Origin: Octopus sinensis
Lineage: Eukaryota
Assembly: GCF_006345805.1 (NCBI RefSeq)
Contig: NC_043006.1
Span: 92,938,001-93,002,000, forward strand
Direction of reading: 5' to 3'
DNA length: 64,000 bases
The notes below the pieces were generated by a model. That model was given only the letters and a program-made list of their open reading frames with translations, ran no database searches and had not been told where the DNA came from. This document shows positions 37,876 to 50,077 of this stretch, piece by piece (position 1 is the stretch's first letter; each line of letters starts with the position of its first letter). The position numbers and the translations under genes were made by a program.

Positions 37876-40800
37876 TCATAGAATCATAGTCAAGGTGGCT
37901 TCGTCATTCATACGTGCCATCCTTGCTACATTCACCCATCTTTTTTAAAACATTCACTAGACAAAACTTGCCTCTCTACTCTCACTTTTTTCTTCAAGTG
38001 ATACTTGAAGAAGTTGATGAGAGATTGACCAGAGAGGAAAGTGTTTGTCTCTAATCCTTTCAGACGCGTCCACCAGATACATTCTTTCGCCATAGCCACA
38101 AGTATGATAAAAATAGCTCTTCCTTCCCGTTTGAAGGAAGGAGGCGTGACGATATTAACGATAGACTCGGCTGATAAACCGACACGTCCCACACGTGACA
38201 GCAGTCGTTCGACATAAGCCCACAGGTGGGAAATTGCTGGACACTGCACGATTGCGTGCAGAGCGGTTTCGTCGCTCTGCCCGCATCTCGGGCAGGTCGG
38301 CCCCGTGTTTCTCGAGCCATGCCTATAGAGCTTATCCCGAACGGGTAGCGCTTCTCGGTAGCACCGCCAGGCCAGGGATCTCTGGAAGTTGTCCATAGGT
38401 CCCGGGCCGAAAGTCGTTTGAAACAGGCGGGTCAGGTATCCTCGTCGACGCCCAGGTTTGCCCCGAGCTCGTCGTCGTACCTCCCCTCCACTAATCCCCT
38501 ATAGAATGCTTGGTTGTGTTGAAGTCACTCAAGGTCGACCCGGGACGGCAGAGTTGCTTGAGAGCAACGCGACACTCGCGGTGCCATTCGCCCTTCTTCG
38601 GCCTCTTTTTGATCCACGACTGTAGTTCGGTCATGGAGACGAGTTGCGGGAATGCGTGCCTCACAAACGGCGACCACACCTGTTCACCGTCGTCTACATA
38701 GAGCCGGAGATGTCGCAGTCTCAGCGCGTGTCTGCGCATCATCAACCACGGCATGCCCAGCCCTCCTTTTAACGGGTGTTGACAGCAAATGGATCGCCTG
38801 ACCATCGGGACGCATCCTTTCCACAAGAAGCGGAAGAGGATGCGTTCTAGTTTGGTGATGGTAGGGTCGGGACAAGGTACGACGGTCAGGCGGTAGTAGA
38901 TGATGGACGCGATGTACGCGTTCACCACCTCCGCCCGACCTTTTAGGGACAGTTTCCTCTCGGCCCATTGCTGGGCGAGAGTGACCACCCTACTCGTTAT
39001 CTCGTTCCAGTTCTTCTCCATTTGGAGGTCCGGACCGAACCAGACCCCGAGCAACTCAAACGGGCCGTCTGTCCAGCGTCCCACGACACGACGGAGGTAC
39101 TGGTGGACGGCATGGGCTTGCTTCTCCAGGTGCCGAGCCGCAAGCCCACTGACTTTTCCCGGTTGATTTTTGCTCCTGTCACCGCTTCGTAGTCTTTCAG
39201 TGTCTCGCCGACCCGCTCGATGTGCTCGTGGCTTGACACTATGACGGTGACGTCGTCCGCGTATGCAGACACGCTCGTCCCGCATCCTAATTCTCGCGGG
39301 ATGCCCCTCAGAGTCGCCAGCTTCCGCAGTAGTGGCTCAAGAGTCAATACGTATAGAAGCGCCGAGAGGGGGCATCCCTGACGGACCGAACGTGCAATGT
39401 CGAAGGGTCTCGATAGATGTCCATTTACGCGAATTACCGAACGGATGCCTCTGTACAAGGCAGCTATCCAGCCGCGGAAGACGGGACCGAAACCAGCCGC
39501 TCTCAGGACTGCCTCCAAGTATCGATGGTCTACCCTATCAAAGGCTTTCGATTGATCCAAGTTGATCAGGGCCCCACCCATGCCAGGTTCGTTAACTACC
39601 CTGTCTATGATGTAGCGCATCAGATGGAGGTTGTCATGGATGCTCCGGCCCGGCACGGCGCACGTTTGTGCGTTGTCGACCAGTTTCTCCATGACAAGCG
39701 CCAACCTCTTGGCTAACACCTTTGTCAAAATTTTCAGGTCTGCATTGAGCAGAGTGATTGGCCTAAAGTTATCTATAATGTTTCCCTTGTTTGGATCTTT
39801 CTTCAGCAGAGTTACAGCTCCTCGACTCACAAAACCGGGTATGCTCCCGTTTTGCTGCCAGTTGCAGTATACCGCTGCCAAGACGTCTCCAAACAAGTCT
39901 GGCATACAATAGTAAAATTCGTAGGGTAGACCATCCAAACCCGGTGATTTGTCCCTCGAGCATTCTGCCATCGCTTCCCGCACTTCCGCCGCCGTGATGG
40001 CACCTTCGCAGCACCTGCCTTTCTTGTCGAGAGTCGTGGCAGGCTATGTAGGTAGGCACTGAAGTCTACCCTACGTTCTTGCCCTCCACTCGTCCCGAAC
40101 AGTCGGGCAAAATGCTGCTGAAAGGCCTCACACATTTTACTTGGCTCGAGCAATTCGCGCCCTGTTCATCTACCAGTGACCGAATGGTGGCTTTGTTGCC
40201 CTGTTGCGCCTCTGCCACCCGGGCCTCTCTCGCGGCTCCAACACCTTCGTTCCTTAGAGCACGCATCCTAGCTCTGACAGCACATCCTTCGTGTTTGGCG
40301 TTGAAGTGTTGGTCGAGGGCCAACCTCGCCGCCAAAACGTCGGATGCGATGCCGCTTCTAATTGCCTCTTCTAGCTTCTTAACTAGCTCACCCTCTACTC
40401 TATTTCTATCTATGGCTAGTGCTTTGCTGTACCTAATCGCTTCTGCTTTTACTCTCTCTTGGCAAACCACCATTTGTTGTTGATGATGGCTCCCGTCAAA
40501 GCCCTCTTTACTAGTGTGCTAATCCGGTCTCTGAAAACTTGTCTGGACGGGAATGATGCGTTCAGTTTCCAGTACCCAGGACCCTGTCTATGTGCCTTAT
40601 CTAAGTCTAGCGTACACGTCACCAATTTGTGATCCGTGTAGCTGACTGTGTGGATTGTGGACATCCTAAGTTATCCTTGTCTACTGTCCTACACAGTATC
40701 CTATCTAGATACGATCTCGACGACCCACTGCGGTTGCTCCATGTCCACGTTGGTGCATTTGGGTGGTCGAGTCGGTACCTGTCAGACAGTTGGAATCGTC

Positions 40801-41305
40801 TGAGCAGGTCTCTGAGGCATTTGCATCCCCTTCTGTTTCTGTCTGTCTCTACCCACGTAGTCTACATGCGTGTCAAGGTAGCATTCCAATCCCCCACTAA
40901 GAGTAAAGGACGAGACGTTCCCAAGAATACTTCTAGACGTCGAAAGAAATCCGCCCGACCTGTTAAGGGCGGTGCGTAGACTGATACGAGTCGAAAAGCG
41001 CACCCATTGCTGCCGTCAACATCCAGAACGATCAGTCTACCCTCCGGGTCTACGAATATCGTCTTGACTTCGAGATCCAGGCTCTTGTGAAAAAGTACCG
41101 CGGTGCCACTACCGCCCATCCTCGGCAGACAGGGAGCGAAATAAATGTTAAACTGTCCGCCAAACATGGACTTTAGGGCCCGTGGCTCGTGGAGTCTGGT
41201 CTCACTTATGGCTATGATTCCCAAATCATGTGACTTGATCTAGAGGTATCCTTGTTTCCAAGGAGACCCCAAGCCACGCGCATTCACACAACCAATCTTG
41301 ACCAT
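37876..41305 (-). pseudogene. Copy A ORF2 (APE endonuclease, RT, C-terminal zinc motif), frameshifted
   Basis: MVKIGCVNARGL, AISETRL, LVSVYAP, VGDWNA, SYLDR, YWKLNAS, SPGLDGLPYEFY, FRPITLLNAD, LDQSKAFDRVDH, RQGCPLS, AYADDV, CPRCGQSDETALHAIVQC. Confidence 0.9.
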
Positions 41306-41355
41306 GATTCTATTGGGGTGTGTGCTTTAAAACACACAAATGAAAGTACAGAGAG

Positions 41356-43477
41356 TTACTTACTTGTGTCGAAAGTTTTGGCTTCCTCGTTCTTTGATGT
41401 GTCTTCGAGGAGGTTTCTATATAGTTTTTGGGACAGATATTTCTGGAAACCCCCTACAGCATTTGGAAGAGGGCTTTGAGTTTGTGGTGTTGTGTTTGTG
41501 TGATGTGTAGTATTTTGATGTGTTTGGGTGGGTGTTGTAGTCGTGATGATTGCTATTTTTAAAGTCATCTTCACAAATGTTTGTGTATCCTGTGATGTAC
41601 TCCATTAGTTTGGAGTCTTTTGTGTCTATCGCTGATAGCATTGTTTTTGTGGTGTTGGTGCTTGTTTTGTTGTGTATGGAGTTTTCAGGGTTCAGGTATC
41701 TCCCTGCTTTGGTTGCGATTTCTTGTTTGGTTTTTCTTGATCTTTTTCTTTTACCCCCTGTGGCTATTTGCCATTCTGTCGAACTTTCATCGTTAGATGA
41801 AAAGTCTGACGAATCAGCAGGGGGCAAGGGTAAAGCGTCTGGGTGGGTGTGTTTGTGCGGTTGTAGATATTGTTGTGGTGCGCGGGGAGGGTGTTGCTGG
41901 GGGGTGTTGTGGTTATTGTCTCTCCTACATCCTTGGTGCTTGTCTTCTTCGTTGTTATTCTTGGTGTTGGAATTGGTTTATTTGTTGTTGGTGGTGATGA
42001 TTCTGTTCTTGGCGCTGGTGTTGGTGTTGTTTGGTTGGGTTGGCTTGTTCTTTGTTGTTTTTCCTGCATTTCCGCATACAGCTTCTTGACTAGCTGTCCA
42101 TATTGTGGTGTGGGCAATAATCCTGGCTTTTGTGATTTTTCCTGTGGCTGTTGTTGTTGTTGTAATTTTGCGGCAGATTGCACTCCTTTTTGAGGTGTGC
42201 CTCACTGCCACATGTATAGCATCGTGGCCTTCTGCCCTCGACTACTACGTATAACTTGCGGCCATCCTCAAGATGTACGTGGGTGGGGATTTTATTTATG
42301 TCCTCTTGACTTATGTGGAAGAGGAACTCTATTCTCTTTCCCAGCCAGTCCTTGTTTTCCGAAACACCGATATCTAGGATGTTTAAGTCCTCCATTTCGG
42401 ATGTTAAGGCGGATGTAATCCACAGTGTTGTAGTCACTTGGGGGACACCACTGATAATGACTTTCGTCACCTTCTGGCCGAGGTAACTCGGTGTCAACGT
42501 TAGTTCATCAGAATGAAGGGTTATCGTTGAGAATTTCTTCGCCAACTCTTCATTCTGAAAAACCACCTGTACGTGTGCGAACTTGTTCGCCCAAGTCACA
42601 CAATCCTTGTATCCCCAGATGGGGCGTAAGCACTTTTCGACTTTGTCTGTGCTTGCCTTTTCTGGACTTTTTTTTTTTATTTGTGATTTTATATACAATT
42701 GTCTTTTTTTTCTCCTCATTCAGTATGTGCTGAGGTATGTGTAAGAGTATTTTTCCGTTTTGATTTGTAATAAGGTTTCTGCAATCTTTAATCTGTTGTG
42801 TAGTAAACGAAACTTTTGTTACCTTTTCTTTTATCGCCTCGGCGAAGTTTGTTGTTGTTTTGTTATTGTTGTTACTGCGTGGTGTTGGTGTTGATGGCAG
42901 GGGGTGGGTTGTAGGTTTGTGGTTGCTGATTATGCAACTAGCAAGGGGTGGAAAATTGCCTGCGTAATTTAGTCCTGCATTAGCGCAAATTCGGCATTTC
43001 GTTTGCTTGTCGTCGTTATTTTTTCACTTGTTGGTGATGGAGTGAGCAGTGTTGAAGGGAATGTGTTGTCGTCGTGTGTTGTTGTTGTTGTGTTGTTGTT
43101 GTTGTTGTTGTTGTGTTGTTATTGTCGTTCTTGGTGACGGCGGTGGTGTTAGTAGTATTAGTAGCATTGACGGCACGGTCTTTGGTGGCGGTGATGGTGA
43201 TGTTGGTATTGTTATTGGTGGGACGTCTTTAGTAGTAGGATAGCAGTTTTAGTAGCAGATTCTGCCATGGTGTTGTTGTCGGTGTTGGTGGTGGTGGTGG
43301 ACTCACTGATGGTGTTGACGGTGCTTGGCCTTGCGACCTTTGTTTTGTATTTGTTGCTGTTGTCGATGTTGATGGTGGCGGAGTTGTCAGGTTCAGCGTA
43401 AGGTAACAGAGCATCCTGTTTTTCTGCCTCTGCGTCACGTTGACTTGCACCTCAGCCTCGTGGTGACCAGTGGCCAT
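41356..43477 (-). pseudogene. Copy A ORF1 (gag-like), frameshifted
   Basis: Starts MATGHHEAE (ATG at 43477); Thr-rich N-terminus, RRM-like core (ORF 42090-42719), CYTCGSEAHLKKEC CCHC knuckle, Thr/Gln-rich tail; split over several frames. Confidence 0.8.
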
Positions 43478-43703
43478 TTGGGAAATAAAATGGCTAAATG
43501 AAACCACGAAGGCTATGAGAATTTTCTTTTAAATTTTGCCCACAAGGGGCAAAATTTTGTGTAGATATTAATCAAGGTTTGCAGTGGATGTTGTTGCACA
43601 ACTTTAAACACAAAATATTTCACAATAAACAATTTTCAACGTACAAAATGACCAACTTACGTGGAGCCCATTTGACTAGCGTCCGTCCATGTCGAGAGAG
43701 GAT

Positions 43704-43821
<118 letters not shown>

Positions 43822-43893
43822 ATATGTTCTTATTAGCCACACAGGGCTGCACACAGATAGAACAAATTACAAGGTAGAGTTTTCTTTTGAAGG

Positions 43894-43927
<34 letters not shown>

Positions 43928-45863
43928 AGGGGGAGGTTCGATCAAAAGGGATCGTAAAAGGAGAGAAAGAGACAAAAATAAGGGGGGTTAAAAAAAAAAA
44001 AAAGGGGGGGGGGAGAGGAAAAAAAATGATCAATAGGGATCGTTATCACAGAAATGTCCATATGAAGTGTAAGGGGGAGGACAGGTGAGGTTTACCCGTG
44101 GAAAGAAAAGCCTGCGGAAGAACACGGTAACCTCGGTCAATGAAGTCACATTTTATATTTTTTTTTTTTTTTTTTTTTTTTGCAAATAAGCAACTCTCTG
44201 TTTTCGATTTCTGGGTTCATAGGACTATGCTCAAGGTGGCTTCGTCATTCATACGTGCCATTCTTGCTACATTCACCCATCTTTTTTTTAAAACATTCGC
44301 TAGACAAAACTTGCCTCTCTACTCTCACTTTCCTTTTCAAGTGGTACTTGAAGAAGTTGATGAGAGATTGACCAGAGAGGAAAGTGTTTGTCTCCAATCC
44401 TTTCAGACGCGTCCACCAGATACATTCTTTCGCCATAGCCACAAGGATGATGAAAATAGCTCTTCCTTCCCGTTTGAAGGAAGGAGGCGTGACAATATTG
44501 ACGATAGACTCAGCTGATAAACCGACTCGTCCCACACGTGACAGCAGTTGTTCGACATAAGCCCCAGGTCGGAAATTGTTGGACACTGAACGAGTGCGTG
44601 CAGAACGGTTTCGTCGCTCTGACCGCATCTCGGGCAGGTCGGCCCCGTGTTTCTCGAGCCGTGTCTGTAGAGCTTATCCCGAACGGGTAGCGCTTCTCGG
44701 TAGCACTGCCAGGCCAGGGATCTCTGGAAGTTGTCCATGGGCCCTGGCCCGAAAGTCGTCCCGAACAGGCGGGTCAGGTACTCCTCGTCGACGTCCAGGT
44801 TCGCCCCGAGCTCGTCGTCGTACCTCCCCTCCACTAAACCCCTATAGAATGCTTTGGTTGTGTGTGAAGTCACTTAAGGTCGACCCAGGACGGCAGAGAG
44901 TTGCTTGAGAGCAACGCGACACTCGCGGTGCCATTCGCCCTTCCTCGGCCTCTTTTTGATCCACGACTGCAGTTCGGTCATGGAGACGAGCTGCGGGAAA
45001 GCGTGCCTCACAAACGGCGACCACACCTGTTCACCGTCGTCTACATAGAGCCAGAGATGTCGCAGTCTCAGCGCGTGTCTGCGCATCATCAACCACGGCA
45101 TGCCCGCCCTCCTTTTAACGGGTGTTGACAGCAAATGGATCGCCTGACCATCGGGACGCATCTTTCCACAAGAAGCGAAAGAGGATGGCGTTTGTAGTTT
45201 GGTGATGGTAGGGTCGGGACAAGGTACGACGGTCAGGCGGTAGTAGATGACGGACGCGATGTAGTGTTCGCCACCTCCGCTCGACCTTTTAGGGACAGTT
45301 TCCTCTCGGCCCATTGCCGGGCGAGAGTGACCACCCTACTCGTTATCTCGTTCCAGTTCTTCTCCACTTGGAGGTCCGGACCAAAACCAGACCCCGAGCA
45401 ACTCAACCGGGCCGTCGGTCCAGCGTCCACGACGGAGGCGCTGGTGACGGCATGGGCTTGCTTCTCCAGGTGCCTAGTCGCAAGCCCACTGACTTTTCCC
45501 GGTTGATTTCGCTCCTGTCACCGCTTCGTAGTTTTTCAGTGTCTCGCCGACCAGCTCGATGTGCTATGCTAGACACTATGACGGTGACGTCGTCCGCGTA
45601 TGCAGACACGCTCGTCCCGCATCCCAATCTCTCGCGGGATGCCCCTTAGAGTCGCAGCTTCCGCAGTAGTGGCTCAAGAGTCAATACGTATAGAAGAGCG
45701 CCGAGAGGGGGCATCCTGACGGACCGAACGTGCAATGTCGAAAGGTCTCGATAGATGTCCAGTTACGCGAATTACCGAACGGATGCATCTGTACAAGGAG
45801 CTATCCAGCCGCGGAAGACGGACGAAACCAGCCGCTCTCAGACTGCCTCCAAGTATCGATGGT
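43822..45863 (-). mobile_element. Tx1-like LINE copy B, 5'-truncated within RT, subfamily 1
   Basis: 3'UTR and ORF2 C-terminal half very similar to copy A, with many 1-2 bp indels; stops at CCAAGTATCGATGG|T-TAGATAG. Confidence 0.9.
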
Positions 45864-45896
45864 TAGATAGATAGATAGTTAGATAGATAGATAGAT

Positions 45897-45935
<39 letters not shown>

Positions 45936-45970
45936 TTAGATAGATAGATAGATAGATAGATGATAGATAG

Positions 45971-46001
<31 letters not shown>

Positions 46002-46005
46002 GATC

Positions 46006-46043
<38 letters not shown>

Positions 46044-46051
46044 ATAAGATC

Positions 46052-46088
<37 letters not shown>

Positions 46089-46125
46089 AGAGATAGATAG
46101 ATAAAGATAGATAGATAGATAGAAT

Positions 46126-46180
<55 letters not shown>

Positions 46181-46203
46181 AGATAGATAGATAGATAGAT
46201 AGT

Positions 46204-46270
<67 letters not shown>

Positions 46271-46298
46271 GTAGATAGATAGATAGATAAAGATAGAT
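45864..46298 (+). repeat. (ATAG)n spacer between copies B and C
   Basis: About 435 bp of interrupted ATAG repeat. Confidence 0.95.
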
Positions 46299-46598
46299 AA
46301 CTTTCTTTTATTAGCCACACAGGGCTGAATACAGAGGGGACAAATACAAATGCAGAGCTTTTCATTTTCGAGGGTGGAAAAAAATAAAAAATGTAAGATT
46401 GCGATCAAAAGGGATCGAGAGGAGGAAAAAAACGAAAAAAAAGGAAATCGTGTATCACAGAAATAATGATGTAAACATGATATAACAAGATGGGTTCATC
46501 CGTGGGAAGAAAAGCCTACAGAAAAGACCACGGGAACCCCAGTCAGGGAGGAAATAACCACATGAGATCGAAAATGCTCTTTTCTTTCTTTTTTACGA

Positions 46599-49500
46599 TT
46601 ACAGGATCATGCTCAAAATGGTTTCGTTCTAGCACGCACCATCTTTGCAACATTCACCCATCTTTTTTTGAATCTTTCGCGAGACAAAACTTCCCTCTCC
46701 ATTCTCACCTTCCTTTTCAAGTGGTACTTGAAAAAGTTGATGAGCGATTGGCCAGAGAGAGGTAAGTGTTTGTCTCTAATCCTTTCGCTCGAGTCCACCA
46801 CACACATTCTTTCACCATGGCCACCAGTACGATGAAAACTGCCTTGCCTTCCCGGTTGAGGGAAGGGGGCGGAGCAATTCTCACGATAGACTCGGCCGAT
46901 AGGCGGATTCGTCCCACACGTGACAGCAGCCGTTCGGCATAAGCCCACAGGTCGGAAATGGTTGGACATTGCACGAGTGCGTGCAGAACGGTTTCGTCGC
47001 TCTGACCGCATCTCGGGCAAGTCGGTCCAGTGTGTCTGGAACCGTGTCTGTAGAGCTTATCCCGAACAGGTAATGCTTCTCGATAGCACTGCCAGGCCAG
47101 GGATCTTTGGTGATTGTTCATAGGTCCCGGCCCGAAAGTTGTCCTGAACAGGCGGGTCAGGTGTTCCTCGTCGACGCCCAGACTCTGCCCGAGTTCGTCG
47201 TCGCACCTCCCCTCCACTAATCCTCTATAGAATGCCTTTGTTGTGATGGAGTCGCACAAGTTCGATCCCGGACGGCAGAGTTGCTTGAGAGCAACGCGAC
47301 ACTCGCGGTGCCATTCGCCTAGCCTCGGTCTCTGCTTGATCCATGACTGTAGTTCGTCCAAGGAGACGAGCTGCGGGAAAGCGCGCCGCACAAAAGGCGA
47401 CCACCCCTGTTCACCGTTGTCTATGAAGCGCCGGAGATGTCGCAGTCTCAGCGCATGTCTGCGCATCATCAACCACGGCATGCCCAGCCCTCCATTTAGC
47501 GGGTGTTGGCAGCAAATGGATCGCCTAACCATCGGAACGTTTCCCTTCCACAAGAAGCGGAAGAGTATGCGTTCCAGTTTGGTGATGGTAGGGTCGGGAC
47601 AAGGCACGACGGTCAGACGATACTCGATGACGGATGCGATGTACGCGTTCGCCACCTCCGCCCGACCTTTTAGGGATAGCTTTCTCTCAGTCCATTTCTG
47701 GGTGAGAGTAGCCACCCTAGTCGTTATCTCGCCCCAGTTCTTCTCCATTTGGAGGTCCGGACCGAACCAGACCCCGAGCAATTTAACCGGTCCGTCCGTC
47801 CAGCGTCCCACGATGGAGACGCTGTTGGACGGCATGGGCTTGCTTCTCCAGGTGCCGAGCCGCAAGCCCACTGACTTTTCCCGGTTAATTTTTGCTCCCG
47901 TTACCGCTTCGTATTCTTTCAGTGTCTCGCCGACCAGCTCGATGTGCTCGTAGCTCGACACTATGACGGTGACGTCATCCGCGTATGCAGACACGCTCCT
48001 CCCGCATCCCAGCTCTCGTGGGATGCCCCTCAGCGTCGCCAGTTTCCGCAGTAGTGGCTCAAGAGTCAGTACATACAGCAGCGATGAGAGGGGGCATCCC
48101 TGACGAACCGAACGCATGATGTTAAAAGGTCTGGATAGATGACCATTTACGCGAACTACTGAGCGGATGCCGCTGTATAAGGCAGCGATCCAACCGCGGA
48201 AAACTGGACCGAAACCAGCCGCTTTGAGGACAGCCTCCAAGTAGTGATGGTCTACCCTATCGAAGGCTTTTGATTGATCCAAATTGATCAGCGCCCCACC
48301 CATGCCAGGATTTTTAACTACCCTGTCTATGATGTAGCGCATCAGATGGAGGTTGTCATGAATACTTCTACCCGGCACGGCGCATGTTTGCGCCTTGTCG
48401 ATTAGTTTCTTGATGACAAGCGCCAACCTCTCGGCTAACACTTGGCCAAAATTTTCAAATATGCGTTGAGCAGAGTGATGGGCCTGAAATTATCTATGAC
48501 GTCCCCCTTGTTTGGGTCTTTCTTGATCAGTGCCACTGCTCCTCGCTTTACAAAGCAGGAATACTCCCGTTCTCTGCTGCCAGTTGCAGTAGACAGCTGC
48601 CAAGACGCCTCCAAACAAGTCTGGCATATGAAAATAAAATTCGTAGGGCAGACCATCCAAGCCTGGTGACTTGTCTCTCGCGCAGCCTACCATCGCATCC
48701 TGTACGTCCGCAGCTGTGATAGGCTTTTCACAAGACTCCACCTCCCTTGCTGAGAGTCGTGGCAAGGCATGCAGGTAGGCACTAAAGTCCACTCTGCTTT
48801 CTGACTCACCACTTGTCCCAAACAGTTGGGTGAAGTGTTGTTGAAAAACCCCACACATCCTTTTAGGCTCGAGCAATTCGCGCCCCTGTTCATCTATAAG
48901 AGACTTGATGGTGGCTCTGTTGCCTCGTTGCGTCTCCACCACTCGGGCCTCTTGGGCGGCTCCAACTCCTTCGTTCCTCAGAGCACGCATCCTAGCTCTG
49001 ACAACGCATCCCTCGTGTTTGGCGTTGAGGTGTTGGTCGAGGGCCAATCTCGCCGCCAGTACGTTGGACGCGATGCCAGTTCTAAGTGCCTCTTCTAAAA
49101 CCTTAACTAATTCTCCCTCTATTCTATTTCGGTCTAATGCTAAGGCTCTACTGTATCTGACTGATTCTGCTTTAATCGCTTTTTTTAGGGCATACCACCA
49201 TCTGTTGTTGATGATGGTACCCGTCAAAGCTCTCTTAACTAATGTGCTGATCCGGTCCCTGTAAACCTGTCGTGCTGTGTAAAAGACGCGTTCAGTTTCC
49301 AGTAACCAGGACCCTGCCTATGTGTCTTATCTAAGTCAAGTGTACAAGTCACAAACTTGTGATCTGTGTAACTGACTATATGAAATTGTGGACAACCTAC
49401 ACTATTTTATCTATTGTCCTACAGAATACTCTGTCTAAGTATGATCTGGACGACCCGATGCGGTTACTCCATGTCCACATTGGCACATTCGGGTGGTCCA

Positions 49501-50035
49501 GTCGGTACCTGTCAGACAGTTGGAAACGTCTGAGCAGGTCTTTGAGGCATTTGCATCCCCTTCTATTGCTATCTCTGCCACGTAGTCTAGATGCGTGTCC
49601 AGGGTGGCATTCCAATCCCCCACTAAAAGTAAAGGACGAGACGTTCCCATGAAAGACTCTAGACGTCGAAAGAAATCTGGTCGGCCTGTTAAGGACGGAG
49701 CATAAACTGCTATCAGTCGAAAAGCACACTCATTGCTGCCATCGACATCCAAAACGACCAGCCTACCCTCCGGGTCTAGGAATTTGCTCTTACTTTGAGA
49801 TCCAGACTCTTCGGATAAGCACCGCGGTGCCACCTCCGCCCATTCTCGGTAGACACGGAGAAAAATAAATGTTGAAATGTGTACCGAAAATGTGCTGGAG
49901 TGCCCGCAAGCTGTGGAGTCTGGTCTCACTGATGGCTATGATATTCAGATTTAGTGACTTGATGTCATTTAACAGGTAGCCTTGTTTCCAAGGCGACCCC
50001 AAGCCACGTACATTTATACTACCTATTCTGAGCAT
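46599..50035 (-). pseudogene. Copy C ORF2 (APE-RT-zinc), few frameshifts
   Basis: MLRIGSINVRGL at 50035; the uninterrupted 574-aa ORF 46717-48441 contains QTCAVPGRSI, LDQSKAFDRVDH, RQGCPLS, AYADDV and CPRCGQSDETVLHALVQC. Confidence 0.9.
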
Positions 50036-50077
50036 GTTCCGATAAAAGTGCAAAAAAGGAAAAGGAGAGAGAAAAGG

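Larger units (their letters stand above)
37487..43703 (-). mobile_element. Tx1-like LINE copy A, full length (~6.2 kb), subfamily 1
   Basis: 5'UTR, ORF1 with CCHC knuckle, ORF2 APE-RT-zinc, homopolymer-rich 3'UTR ending GGCTAATAAAGAAACATAT; (CTAT)n-type repeats on both sides. Confidence 0.9.
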
